64,000 bases of DNA. Source: Tubiluchus corallicola (taxonomy: Eukaryota; Animalia; Priapulida). The stretch lies in the NCBI GenBank assembly GCA_030141605.1, contig JAQGDQ010000084.1, forward strand, positions 625,681 to 689,680. The letters are read 5' to 3'. Shown here one piece after another: positions 22,017 through 35,081 of the stretch (its first letter is position 1; every line of letters begins with the position of its first letter). The notes beneath the pieces were generated by a model. The model searched no databases, was not told the origin of the DNA, and was given only the letters and a program-made list of their open reading frames with translations. The position numbers were made by a program, and so were the translations under genes.

Positions 22017-23859
22017 GAAAAAGGCAGTTTCACACTGAAATTAGATATCACACCTGTAAGAGTTGCGATGATTTTCTAAGAAAAGTTTAAATGACAGTTT
22101 GAGGTTCTTTCAATTGGCGTGAATAGTACGACTGAAGGATAAAATGTACTCTGGGTGTACTTCCACACGATTTGCAATAATGAAAAAAAGAATTCATATC
22201 ATTTTACTAAAAAGTTCTACGTTTTAAACTATGTACATATGTAGGCATATCAGGTCAAGTATACAAATGAACACTATACATAAATAAATCGACGGTAAAT
22301 GTTATTTAAACATTATTGTAACCTGAATCGTTTTGTGACAGTAATCCTGCAACCTAATTAAACCTTTGAACATAGCTACACAGCACGTATATTTTCTCTA
22401 ACATCACAAACGCTAAATGTAGAACATAACAATCTCGCAATCTTAAGTAAATTTTTTTTTTGCACAATTGCAAAGCTTCTTGGTGTTCCTGCGAGTGCTG
22501 CTCCAATCAAGAAAAGCGCAAAAAACAAGCTTAGTTCACACTATACTCATATGCAATGTTTCTTGGGGCCTAATTGACGCTTTCCTGCTTAGCTAAGGGC
22601 TAATTTTGGCAAGCACAGAAACTAATTCATGCTGTGCAAACACACACACGGCCAGAGAAGCGCAAACTGTCCCATTTTCGCATTCCACGTGAAATTATTG
22701 TTAAGCATAGGCTCAGCGTTTGCTTGGACACGACCCCTCCTACGGCAAATAACAGATTTTCTTTTATGTTTTCTTAAAGATCACAAAGACAGCTAATTGA
22801 AACAAGTTGAAAGGACCGTGATAGCATTGAAATAAAAAATTGTTAAGTTTTCCAATTTACAATTCTACCATGCACACACAGAAGAATTCTTAGAATAGAA
22901 TAGTATTGTTTCTTTAGATATTACAAATACAATTAACAACAGCTTTCAAATATAACTTGTGAGATGGAATGACAGAGCGATCATACGGCCATCTCTGCTG
23001 TCATCCCATGCTAAGGTGGCTAATGCTACTATGCTTATTTATAAAGAAAAACTCAAAATGAAAAACAAAATCATGACAGTTGCATACTTAACAAAACTAA
23101 ACTGAAACAAATTTCAAGCAAAACAAAATCATAACAAATCAAAACATCAACATAAAAAAGCAAATGAAAATGCAATTGCAATAATATATGCAAGCAATAA
23201 AAAATAAAAAGAACCAAGTAACGGAATCATTTTAAATGCCAAAATTTCATGCTAGAAACTCAAAAATTTTCAAGCAATTTTAATATCTCATAAATATTAT
23301 TATGTAAATGCAATAAAGTTTCTTACTAGAGATTTGATTAACTTTTATTTGTGATATAAAACAGCTAAATATGATGCCATTCGCATGCAGATATGCAGAA
23401 AACAGATTTTACAACTGGCAAAAAATTATTGCTGAAACAGGCAGCAGCATTTGGGTACCTGTTACCTAGGAGAGGAAAATTTGCAAATTTCAGTACAAAT
23501 GATTTTGCCAGGAAGTAAATTATGTGAGCGATCATACTTTTGTATAACTAACAAGATGATGTACATTGATAATTGTTTCTGGTATCGTTTCTGTACTCTG
23601 TTGACTTTGTATATTTCAATTTTAAGTGTTAACTAATGAATTACTTGTGATTTTGAACTAACTATCTATGTAACTATATTCTTGATAACCAGTTGTATAT
23701 ATCTGTTCTCAACTAAAACGTATTTGTTGCACAGTGGAAAAATTCCGATCAGAAATGTTACTGTATGTCTATCCACTTAAAATAAAGTTTATATATATAT
23801 ATATATATAAAAATTATGTCTACCTAGAAACCACGGCAGCATTACAGCAACAACGCTTC

Positions 23860-24548
23860 CAGGGCCGACTCTATGTAGTTTGACACCCTGGACGAAAGTA
23901 ACTTTGGCGCCCCTTCCTCCACGGTCCCCCCACCACACTCCCAACATTGAATTTTTCTTGTATAATATTATAATAAAGTATAATTTATATATTATAGTGT
24001 ACTAATTAAGCGTAGTTAATTACTTATCTACAGCGTGTGCTGATGGACTTTGAAATTGAATTTATGACCCTATTCTACTCCATATGACAAGCCAACTTTT
24101 TTAACCTTTTTTCGTCCTGAAGACTTCGATTCTCATAGGTTTAACTGCCAAATGCTCTTGTAAGAAATTTTTCTATTAACGGAAGGTTCATGTTCTAGAA
24201 GTCTCATATAAAAACTGCAAGCAAAAGCAGCGTAACAGGTCAGTAATGTCTGAGTGACGTAGTCTCGGAAATGAAATAATCTACGGAAACCAAATAAAAC
24301 AAAAATAGAAACTGTTTGTTATGAGAAGACACCTTCTAATATCAACGAATCACACATTTCGACAGGAAACTAACACAATTTGCTTGTTTCTTTTAACTAG
24401 TGTGGTATACTTAAGGAATTACACATACACTATGCTATTACGTATACTAATTTAAAAATGAAAGAATTGCTTCCTGAATTTGGCACCCCCCCCCCCCCAA
24501 AAAAAATGGCACCCCAGGCAAGTTTGCCTAGTGGTAGAGCCGGCCCAG
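23860..24548. mobile_element. hAT-like MITE
   Basis: TIRs cagggccgactcta ... tagagccggcccag; near 8-bp TSD aacgcttc / tatgcttc. Confidence 0.7.
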
Positions 24549-25945
24549 TATGCTTCTTCATTTTCACTTGTGCCTCTAGAGAACTCTTAAAGTCAGAACA
24601 TGACAGGTAAGTGGCTTTGATAATTAATGCAAGCGAATCAGTTTGTAAGAAGTGATAAAATCGATCAATCGGCCGACCGCTATCTCTCTACAGAAACATC
24701 ATGCACTACTTATTATGCGCACACAGAAAGAAATTAGTATTTTAAATAAAATACTAATGTATTTTGACTAATTCAAGTTAACCAACCAAATGTATACAAA
24801 ACATCATCTGCACTACAGATGAATTCAACATGTATGTAATATTAAACACTAGCACGTGTATGTATGTATGTTGTGTGTATGTGTTGGCAATTAAAACATT
24901 ACATTACATTAATGTTCAATAAAAATGTACACAAATAGTCCACTCTCTGTCATAAAATGCTTAATACGAACAATTTCGGAAGGTTAACGCCCTAATGGAA
25001 CACTAGAGTTGACTTAGGAATTAGAAACCTGAATTCAACCAATCATAAACCACTTAACAGATTGCACTGTAAACAGACAAATAGCAGAAACAATAGAAAA
25101 GTGAATAAACCAGATTTGAACAATAAATTGAAAAGCCAAAAAAATCACGCCAACTAGTGGTATTAGTACATTAAAAGATTTCTTTTGGTGTTCACTGTGT
25201 TTGTTAACTGATTTACAACTAGGCAAAAATGTATATGATAGGTACATGCAGTTTGGTACGTAGTAATATAATAATAGTGGTGGTGGTGATGATGATGATG
25301 ATAACCAATGGTTATAGACTCATGACAGCAGCCTTGTACTAAAAACTGGATGCAAAAGAACTCTACCCGCACAGAATTTACTAATAACTGGACATTAAAT
25401 ATCCGATGGAGATGTTACTTTTACCTTTTTACCAATTATAAAGAAGTTAATGCAAATACTGAACTTATAAAAATAGATAATGCATGTACAGTATTTATAA
25501 AATGGCTTACTTGCAAATTATGATTAAAACAAAGCTTATAACAAAGATCAAAAACAAGCATACCATTTCACAGAGCAGACCAACGTGTTAAAGTCACTTA
25601 TTAACACAGAGAACACTGTTTTGATCAGTATAATTTGTTGCAGAATTGCTTAAACATATCTATAGCACTATCAGAAAACACGTAAAACTGTCTGCACACA
25701 ACAATGACGTACTCGAAACAGTTAACTAAATAGTTCCAACAAGTGCTGGATAACATGCATGCCACTGACAATATACAATAAGCGTTTTTCACAGAACCGA
25801 ATTTCAACCTGAGCAATGAGCATACTAGGGTACACATGTATGAAAACCACGCCTCAGTAAGCAAGCATGAAAGACTGCAATAGCCAGAGGCTGTCATGGG
25901 CTATGTGATTAAACTATAAACATTGGCTAACAGCAAAACTAAACT

Positions 25946-26398
25946 TAGGCCCACACAGGGCTGACAAGAGAATTTTTGATTCCCAGGGCAAAAGGAAACT
26001 TGGCCCTCTCCTCCAATTCTCCAAATAATGATACCCAAACTAAGTCCACCCCGGTGTGTCATAAGCAAGGAAAGGGGAGAAGTAGGTTAGGAGTTATAAA
26101 ACTAAATTTTCAGTATTTTTTCTAACATTTTAAAGACAATTTTGATGATAGAATATAAAACTCCAATATATTTAGTGCTTGTTTTTATAAAAATAAATAT
26201 TTGACAGAATTTTTGATGCTTTTCATTTTGAAGCAGAATAACTTAGTTTCAACTACGCTGACTGATGGACAATTTTGGTTTGCCAGAACATTTTATTTTG
26301 TTTGCCTTTGTCAAGGTACACCTTCGATTGGCTTGTCGACCGCTAAACTCATGGGCCCCCAGGCGCCACCCCGGTTGATACCCCTCTCAGTGGGCCTG
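25946..26398. mobile_element. Dispersed repeat (internal part shared with ~37852-38060)
   Basis: aggcccac ... gtgggcct ends; about 200 bp internal similarity (ttataaa..ccaatatat..gtttttataaaa..ttttggtttgc) to 37852-38060. Confidence 0.55.
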
Positions 26399-27055
26399 GA
26401 CCCAACACTATCTATATATAACATAATAGATTATATATAATTAATTTGATGTGCCAATAACCTAACAAAAAAACTATCGTTTAAATGCTTTAGCTAAAAG
26501 CAATGAAAATCCCATTGCTGTTAATTTATAGCAACTGCTTTTCAATATCTGCCAAGAATGTTTTCAACATGGTAGGCATTTTGTTGATTTCAAACAGTAG
26601 GTTATATATTATATCACTTAACATTGAAAGCATTCGGGCATTGACAGTAATTACACCTGGTTAAAAGTCACACCCTGCCATTTGTAGAAAGCTTATAGAT
26701 CTGAAAATAGGTCGCCTACTATAATGCGGTGCAGCTTATGCCGTACAGGCACGCATGACGCATGACTGCATGCAGTAGTTTCAGTGAAATACCAAAATAC
26801 ATGTTCAGCACAGGAAATTCAAAATTTAACATAATTCATTACATGTAGTCATGATGAATGGTGCAAACACAGCTGAAATGGATATTGATCAGTTATAAAT
26901 TAGCCTAGAGATGTAATAAAGTGTCCTACATTATTCAAGCTAGGACCTTCACCATGCACTTAGACTGTTTCATTATCACAGCACTGCCATCTGCATTCTA
27001 AATGTGATAACTTTTGCATCTGTGGATAATTGTTAGATGATGGCACAATCACAGC

Positions 27056-27455
27056 AATAAGCCGAAACAGTTCCAGCGATTGATGATGATGGTGAAACGG
27101 TCAAAGGTTACGTGTACCAGACAAGTGTACGCATTTGTGTAGACTTGACAACGCCTCGCAATCCATGCTGATATATTAGTGAAAGTTTTAACAGCTAGCT
27201 AAAACCTTACCTAGTTCATGTTTCCCTATTCCCAAGCAAAATCTGGCTAGAAAATCGCTCTATGCACAGACTAATTCAGAATTAAGTAAAGTCCACGTAA
27301 AACAACTGAACTGATTGAACTGATGCATCAGACGGCTTTTGCATTACCTACATGTCACATGACAGTTGCAGTTAAGACACGTTGCTGTGGTACACTTAAC
27401 CTTACACCTACAGTAACTGCACATGAGCACAATGAAATGGTGAAAAGGCTTATTA
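27056..27455. mobile_element. MITE family A (Harbinger-like termini)
   Basis: aataagcc...ggcttatta ends and internal inverted ggtcaaaggtta.gtgtacca / tggtacacttaacct; five copies in the window. Confidence 0.8.
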
Positions 27456-27580
27456 GATGTAATTAAAATTGTAAATTAAAACCCTTTTAATTCTACATCT
27501 GGCAGAACACAAAGGCTATAATTTTTTAAACCATGTTACTATACACAGCTGCTGCAGCACATAGAACATGGAGACCTGTA

Positions 27581-28088
27581 TTAAACGAAAACCGGATGAC
27601 TGCGTAGACATTAGTTAAAAATAAAGTATGCTCTAAAATATTGAAACTACAAAAGCTTTTTTTAATCAAAACTTAAATTAAACAATAATTACATCGGACG
27701 GTTAACTTTAGTTAAACTTTCAAAGCTACGCACGGCTCAGCGAATATTCTCGTGGCCAGAAAATAGGCGCGGTATCGTGGTAAGCATGATCATGAACTGC
27801 AGCGTTTGTCTGTGATCTCAGTGTGACATAGACGTTTTTGAGAGGTCACATCAGCATCGTATAGCAATCTTCGCTTATGCAAACGTGCTTGAAGAGCAAG
27901 GGAAGATGCCTACCTTTGCAGGAACTGTGGTTAGTTTGTGACGTAAGCGATGGCTGCATTTGGTTGTCGTTAATTAACTTTTCAAATATTAGAAACAATT
28001 GCTAACTTTAAATAGGCAAGAAAATGTGTATTTTGGACAGTAAACTAAAATGAGATTGAGTCTAATGAATCGTCCGATTTTCCTTTAA
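27581..28088. mobile_element. Kolobok/T2-like MITE family C
   Basis: TTAA ends; reverse complement of 21465-22016. Confidence 0.75.
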
Positions 28089-28419
28089 CAGATTGAATAT
28101 GCTGAAACAGCGTGTCTCAACAGTCGCAGTTATATGTTGTTTTTCGTATGTATTTCACTCTCACTTTTAAACTCACTCGAAATTTTATGTTCTCAATTTT
28201 CGTCTTAATTCCAGAATTACAGCCTTAAAGGACAAGAAAATGGCCAACCAAAGTAAGTCTCAGAAAATTCGCAATAAAAAATCATATCACCTAAGTATAA
28301 TCTTAAGCAAATAAGTATTCACGTTTTCGCATTTACTCCAATTTTTGCAAAATATTCCAACCGCTGCAGTAAACGTTGGCGCAGACGTGTTTCATTTAAT
28401 CAGCCAATTGAAAAGCCAG

Positions 28420-28598
28420 CAACTGTGGTTAGTTTCTGACGTAAACAATAGCTGTTTTCGGTTGCCATTAATTAACTTTCTAAGCTAATTATTCAAATAT
28501 AAGGAACAATTGTTAACTTTTATAGGCAAGAAAATGTACACCTTGAACAGTAAATTAAAATGATATTGAGTCTAAACAATCGTCTGGTTTTTCTTTAA
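28420..28598. mobile_element. Partial MITE family C
   Basis: Matches 27920-28088 including the ..ttctttaa terminus. Confidence 0.7.
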
Positions 28599-29578
28599 CA
28601 TTAACAACTTTCAAAGATGCATTTATTCGTGCAAATGTACAACTGAATACAGTTTTACAGTCTATAACCAAATTGAATTTTGTTCTTATTATTGCGAGTG
28701 AATATGTAGAGTTTTACTGTGATTCTCACATTTCATAATGCAGTCTAATGTAGAGTGAACTATAGAGTGAATTCTCCTCCTAATAGCTGCATTAACTATT
28801 TTATAATAGTTAAGTTTTTTGTAATTTAGTAGTTTTTTGTAATAGTTTAGTGAAATTTTGTATTATTCAGTTGTTTAAGTCGTCATATTAGCATTAGCTT
28901 TACGGATTTTTTCTCTCTCTCTCTCTGCGGTGTTCAAGCACATATTATAAGGATATTAAACTATAGAAAAACAAAATATTTAAAACTCAACAAAAGTTAA
29001 AACTGTGATGGATGAAACATCGACGAATCAAACGACAATATTTATAATTAAGTAATTTACACTCTAAAATGAATTTCACTGATGTGATTTTTATAGTTTA
29101 AAATGCATGAGAATTGGCCGATCTGATAATTAATATGTATCTTGTGTATGTAGAAAGAGAACAAAACGATCAGACTAAATCACTGCTTAAGCAGGAATGG
29201 TAATATCACAATTTCCTTAATACACCTTGTATTTTAGCCAAAAAATAAACTTACGCAGTTGGCATCTATTTGTAGTGATACTATTACTAATTATTAACAC
29301 AGAATGTTTTGCTGCTTATAATTTCTAGTGACAAATTAAATATTTTAACTCTTTAAACATTCAAATTATTTATGAAGTATTATTTTTATACCAATTAGTA
29401 TGCTATAGTTCAAGTCAGGCGTCGGCACTTTATTTTATTTTTTTTGTATAACTCAAATATAAGAGTATAAACCCTAGAATTCAGAAAAAATACTGCACCA
29501 ATTAGAATTTCAAACAATGTCACAGTTAATACATACAACAGAGCGTGGAACCGTCCGTCACAAGGATCTGACACAAAC

Positions 29579-29686
29579 CTTTGTTATTTCAAATCGGTCA
29601 CCGCATGGGCAAGGATAGTAATAAGTTTCCGCTTCGTCATCATATTCAAAGTCTTCAATTTCTACTTCATCATGAAATACTGACAT
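29579..29686 (-). CDS. DPH3: DPH3 exon 1 ([36 protein letters not shown]), diphthamide biosynthesis protein 3 / KTI11
   Basis: Very close to the canonical DPH3 N-terminus; 108 nt; AAG|gtttgt donor. Not in the ORF track. Confidence 0.96.
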
Positions 29687-29925
29687 TATATTCCTGATTT
29701 CTGTAGAATGAACACAGCCTCACCCAAAATTATTACAGAAAACTTTACGTTTTCATTAACCCGGAAGTGGCGGTCTCCAGCGGAAGCAGTTTTAAAGCGT
29801 CCTCTTGTAGTCATTTGTAAAACGTGCAATCACTGATCGATTTTTGGCACGCAGGAGTAAATTAGAAGAACAGAATTTTATTTTTAATACTATCTGTAGT
29901 TCTGTACCGGAAGAGTTTAACGATC
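29687..29925. promoter_or_regulatory. Compact bidirectional promoter for DPH3 and CTR1
   Basis: Divergent ATGs 239 bp apart; ETS/GABP-type motifs CCGGAAGT (29761), CGGAAG (29781), CCGGAAG (29907). Confidence 0.75.
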
Positions 29926-29980
29926 ATGACACACGAAACTCATGATAGTGAAATGATGATGATGAAAAACTCGCCTCATG
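29926..29980 (+). CDS. SLC31A1: CTR1 copper transporter exon 1 (MTHETHDSEMMMMKNSPH)
   Basis: His/Met-rich N-terminus typical of CTR1; G|gtaaag donor, phase 1 matches the exon at 32582. Confidence 0.85.
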
Positions 29981-30937
29981 GTAAAGTATTCCTTTTGATT
30001 ATAAAGCTTATGTTCCACCCATTTCGTAATTCTCGTCTGTTGTATGGTCACTCCAGTATGCTCCTCTCTTTAAAGAACTCAAGATAGATGTACTCGTATT
30101 TAGTACAATTATTCAACCAAAATTAACACAAACTAGCTACCACAGTAGCCGAATATTTGCGTAGAAATGCTATTGTTCTTGCCATTATTGGTATTTAGTG
30201 TGTGCCTCACTGCACACAAATATCTTGACTGGCGTTTCGTCTTTCGTTCTGGACGGTAATCTTTATCAGTTACCAGCTGTATTGCCTTTTGAGGATCTTC
30301 TAATTTTTACACAAAACATATTTCTCTGAAAATCAGCTTGTTTTTGGTTCTAGTAAAAAAGGAAAGTTTACAGCTGTCTGCTAGGGCATTTGTTAGGGTC
30401 TTTCCAAATGTATTTCACAGCTACAAAGTGTTCCTCTTGTACTTTTTTCGGTTTTTGTATTATTCCACGTACATTCCAATACTTGTAACCGAATGCTAGC
30501 TTAAAATGTCCATAATTTGCACGCAACAGCTTAAAATCGTCCGGTTTTTTTTAAACTTTGTAAGCAAAAGTTTTTGCAACTCTGTTCTGCAACTCCCTTT
30601 TACCTTTACGAAGCTGTGGAGCCTTACAAAGTTTGGGTCATATACAAGCCCTGAGGTGTGAAAAACTTGTTTCTAATACAAATATACTTGTATGCGTTTA
30701 GCTACAAGAAACTGTGCATATGACAGGTAGTGAGTAATCACCTGTCAGTTGTTTAGAAATATAAGTTATATGCAAAAGTACAGTCTAAAGGACTTAAGTT
30801 AGTAAAAAGGGCTAGGATCTTATACTCATTACAGTCACTTTCAAAGGCAATAATAATGACAAGTTAGTGAAAGTATCAGGTGGTGAGAGAAATATTTGAA
30901 AAAATTTAATACATGAATCTCGCTTGCTTTTTGAACT

Positions 30938-32070
30938 TAATAAGCCCTTTCACAGTTCTAGTGATTGATGATGATTGTGAAAAGGTCAAAGGTTAAGTGT
31001 ACCAGACAACGCATTTGTGTACACTTGACAGCGCCTCGTAGCCTATGCTATTGCAATAGTAAACAGTTTTAAAAGGCAACTTTACCTAGTCCATTTTTTT
31101 GTTCTCAAGCAAGATCATGCTAGTTAATCACTCTACGCTCATCATAATCCATAGTTAAAGCAAAATCCAAGTCTCTCGGGAAGTTGACCTTATTCTAATA
31201 TTTGAGAAAAATGATAGAAAGTTTCAGCAATGCAATTGTGATAAGCGCCTTGTGTAACTAATAATTTCAAGTTAAAATTGTGATCACTTCATGCTCGGGC
31301 GCACGCTCATCTTAGTGAAAAATGGCGTCATCTGGTTACTGTGCAATATAAACAGTTATTCTGCCAAGTGCTTCAGCATTTTTTGACTGATAAAGCGAAC
31401 TCTATAAACTAAGTAACCTACCGGTACCTACTGTATGCTAGCAAGTTTACGTATGTATCTGAGTCAACGAAGGTCTGTAAATTAATTACATTTACGCAAT
31501 TAACGTATACTACTTACACATTTTACGGTATAATCCTGTGGGTTAAAGCTATGTAACCACTTCAATCTTGGTCATAATTGATCCAATGACTAATTTTCAC
31601 ATAAACATAGTTAAATACAACGTTAGAATAACTGAATTTCTCAGTGAACTGTAGAATTTTCTCAATGTGTACCTTCATCACAGCTTGCCTTCACAGCATT
31701 CATGCTGCCCAGCGGTCACCATTAATTTTTTTCAAATATGGCAGCAGCGACATTTGTTTGGCAGGAGATAAAAAATATTTAAATTTCTTTTACATTTTTA
31801 AGCAAAGCATTCTATGCGCATATCTTGTGTGGTGATTTCAATATTTTTAATTGTATATTAAGATGCAATGAATGTTGCTCGAGGGTTGGCTCTTCCTTTA
31901 AGTAAAGTCCACGTAAAACAACTGAAGTTACTGAACTGATGCGACAAACGGCTTTGCTTTACCCACACGTCACATGACGGTTGTAGTTAAAACACGTTGC
32001 TGTCATACACTTAACCTTTGACCTACTGCAGCTGCGTGCGCACAAAACAAAACTGTGAAAAGGCTTATTA
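30938..32070. mobile_element. MITE family A split in two (30938-31170, 31898-32070) by ~730 bp that includes a family B fragment
   Basis: Left and right halves are contiguous in the 27056 and 56772 copies. Confidence 0.7.
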
Positions 32071-32581
32071 TCTTAATTAGTTACATTGTGGTATTTAAAG
32101 TATAAAAATCTCATTGCTGTGTCTTATCTTACAAGACAGTTTGTACTTTTCGTAAATAACTATGGAAGTTTTTGCTGAATCAAAGTGATTCATTTAGGGT
32201 GTTGCAGCAATGATCAGGCTGAAATTACAACAACAAAATAATTACATGTAATACTGCATATAGTGTAGGTGCTAATATAAGTGTTTCGAATTAGACTAAT
32301 TTAAGAAATGTTCCTTTAATCTCAAAAGTAAACCTGCAAATAAAATACCGTTCTCAATGTTAAACATCTGCATGACCACATTAAGTTCTTATTGTTAAAT
32401 GTATTAAATATGCCCCCCGGCAAACAGCAATACTCTTTGGTACTCTTCACATGCTGAAATCTTCGAGAGCCTCTATTTCACAACCCTTTTGCATACATGA
32501 ATCGTAAATTTCTTACTGTGGTTTTAAATTTAAATAGTGCTCATTTAACTGATTGTCATTTGCAGTATTTTTGTTTTGTAG

Positions 32582-33120
32582 ATGGCATGGCAGATGATGA
32601 AACAAAGTCCATGTCTCATCACCCAACCATTGGTGATTATCAAATGAAAATGTGGTTTCATTTTGGCACAAATGAAATCATCTTATTCGATGCTTGGCAT
32701 CCGACTTCGGCCGGCAGCATGTTTGGTGCCGTAGTCATTTGTTTCATGCTTTCAGTGCTGTACGAGGGACTAAAATTGCTACGTGAATATTTACTGCTGC
32801 GCACACAGAAAGCGCAACCGGCCGAGTACTGCAGTCCAACACCTGTGAATAGAGATGACGAAGGTACGGTGTATATCAGCCAGCCGAAGCATCAAGATAG
32901 TAGCAGCTCTTTCCCCATATTTAGTCTAGTACACATAGTGCAGACAACGATACATTTGTTCCAAGTCTGTATCAGTTATTTACTTATGTTAATATTCATG
33001 ACGTACAATGTTTGGTTGTGTCTGGGTGTCGTGTTCGGTGCAGCGACCGGTTACTTCGTTTTTGGCTGGAAAAAGAAATTGCTGACTGTGGTATCCGATT
33101 CCAATGAACACTGCCATTGA
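32582..33120 (+). CDS. SLC31A1: CTR1 exon 2 (total protein about 197 aa)
   Basis: ttttgttttgtag acceptor; MKMWFHFG, LYEGLKLLRE, MLIFM (MxxxM), GAATG (GxxxG), C-terminal EHCH. Confidence 0.95.
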
Positions 33121-33192
33121 CAATAGCTGTTATATAGCTTAAATATGATTTAGTGAAATTTGTTGTAATGTATTACTGCGAGTCACATTTTA

Positions 33193-34172
33193 CAGTAGGC
33201 ACTGCTTAATGGACTCACTTTGGGACCAGATAGTTTTGACCCATTTAAATTATGGGTGTAGTATTACTGGTATAGAAGTACAGTTAACCTCGGGTATAAG
33301 GGGCCACCACACTGGTCCCGATTTTTCGTAACGTTTTTCCTATGTAAAAATCGTCATATATAAGGTACTCGGATATAAGGGACTTTCGGTTATAAGGGAT
33401 GATATCATCAGGTCCTGTGTCCTACATACCATTTGCACTGAATGTGTAGCAATAATCCATAAAAATATGGGCAAAAGTACAGAAGCGTACAGGTCTAGAT
33501 ACACCCTCAATCTGACTCAACTTCAGCTATAAGGGACAGTTTTTTCCGGTCTGGAGGTGGCCCTTAGGCAGGTTGACTGCATGAGTCACAAGCTTAGTAT
33601 GCACTGCAAAGGTTTTTAATGAATTTTAGAAACGAAGTAATGCCTAAATTCCACATTTTCAAATGCATCACATTCACACCTCTGTCCCATTTTTGGAAGT
33701 TTATCATACTGCTCTAAAATTTTCAGTTTCTCCTTAACTGTCAGATGTTTAGTCTCATGCTCCACTTTTCAAACTTTTTAACTCTTTGCTCTTATTTGCT
33801 ATATGATGTTTACTCTTGTAAGTCACAAGCAACACTGGCTGATTACTGTACCTGCATCTTTGACTGTTAACTGATTAAGCATGAAAGCGTGTTTTGCAAC
33901 GAAAGCTTCAAAAGGAAACCACTAGGCAAGTGATTAAATGTTTAGCTTCCAGAAATTCTTGGGTAACGAGATTAATTGCAGTGGACAAGCGGGTAACAGA
34001 TTCAAAGCAAAACCGCTAATGTAGCGCATGATAAACTAAAAATATTGAGTCAATTATGCCGAGTTATTTGAGTCAATTACCGACAGTTTTATGTACATTT
34101 GAATAGAAGCGGCCCGTACCAGGTGTTTTTGAGTCAATTAAGCGATTCGAGGCTAGTAAACAGCGCCTACTG
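33193..34172. mobile_element. pogo-like MITE family E with nested family D copy (33281-33579)
   Basis: TA|cagtaggc ... gcctactg|TA termini; internal D copy begins at a TA. Confidence 0.7.
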
Positions 34173-34929
34173 TACTATTATGAAATGTTGATTGCACCTG
34201 TTTTAAATTTTTGATTGTTACTGCCATAATCTTATCAGAGCAAACCTAAGTCATGAAACATGTCTTGTCAAACTTCCAGTAGGAAAATTGCATTCTATTT
34301 TTCGCATCGGTGAAAACCACCTTTTATTGGCAACAATTATTGGCATTGTTAAACGCAATATTATTTTGCTACATTAAATTACTATGCACTTTGCAAAATT
34401 TACACTCGATTAAGTTTTTTTACCAATTTTAGTCGAAAGTTTCAGTGCAAGTGCCAAATATGGCCAGAAACCTGCTAAAAGTTGTGTTGGTGATTACGGG
34501 GCAGAGACTTTTATCTAAAAAATGTTTATTTGAAATCTTCTGCATATGGACATTTATAATATTCTTACATGTATGGACTGAACGCGAAAGCTGCCTTATT
34601 TCACGACAGGCATGCCAATCAAACAAATTGTCATTTCGCAAAATGTAATCGTTTTTAAAGCTTTTGTTAGCAGCCATTCTTCACACTCATACTGCTTAAT
34701 CTATTGATGATGTATGTCACCTAGAAGTAAGATGTAGTACGTACACTCATATCTCGGTTTGCCGGCCTCGCTTTTACGGATATCGGAAAATTCAGACAAA
34801 ATCTGGTCCGTTAAAAGTCCCACATAATACGGACACAGTCCATTATTTTGCGAGCTGACTGCTAGTGGGTGAGCTGTCACTTTCTTTACATCATTCCGTC
34901 AGTGTAACCACGTGCATATCTCTATGTAT

Positions 34930-35081
34930 GAGAACATAGAATCAATTATGCGGAGTTATTTGACTCAGTTGCCGATGGTTTTTATATACTTTTCCGTAGG
35001 AGCGGCAAGTACTAGACGTTTCAGAGACGATTAGACAATTGATTCTGCATTACTGTGAGTCTAATACACGGCGCCTAGTGT
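34930..35081. mobile_element. Diverged family E end
   Basis: Similar to 34040-34172 (tcaattatgc.gagttatttga...ggcgccta.tgta). Confidence 0.55.

Noticed and set aside
30211-30524. Two MRE cores (TGCRCNC) in the CTR1 intron
   Set aside because: A 7-bp degenerate motif expected by chance; not clustered at the promoter.
32497-32581. ORF-track N-terminal extension of CTR1 (similarly the flanks of ORF 21149-21421 for DPH3)
   Set aside because: Intronic sequence read through the splice sites; the true upstream exons were identified.
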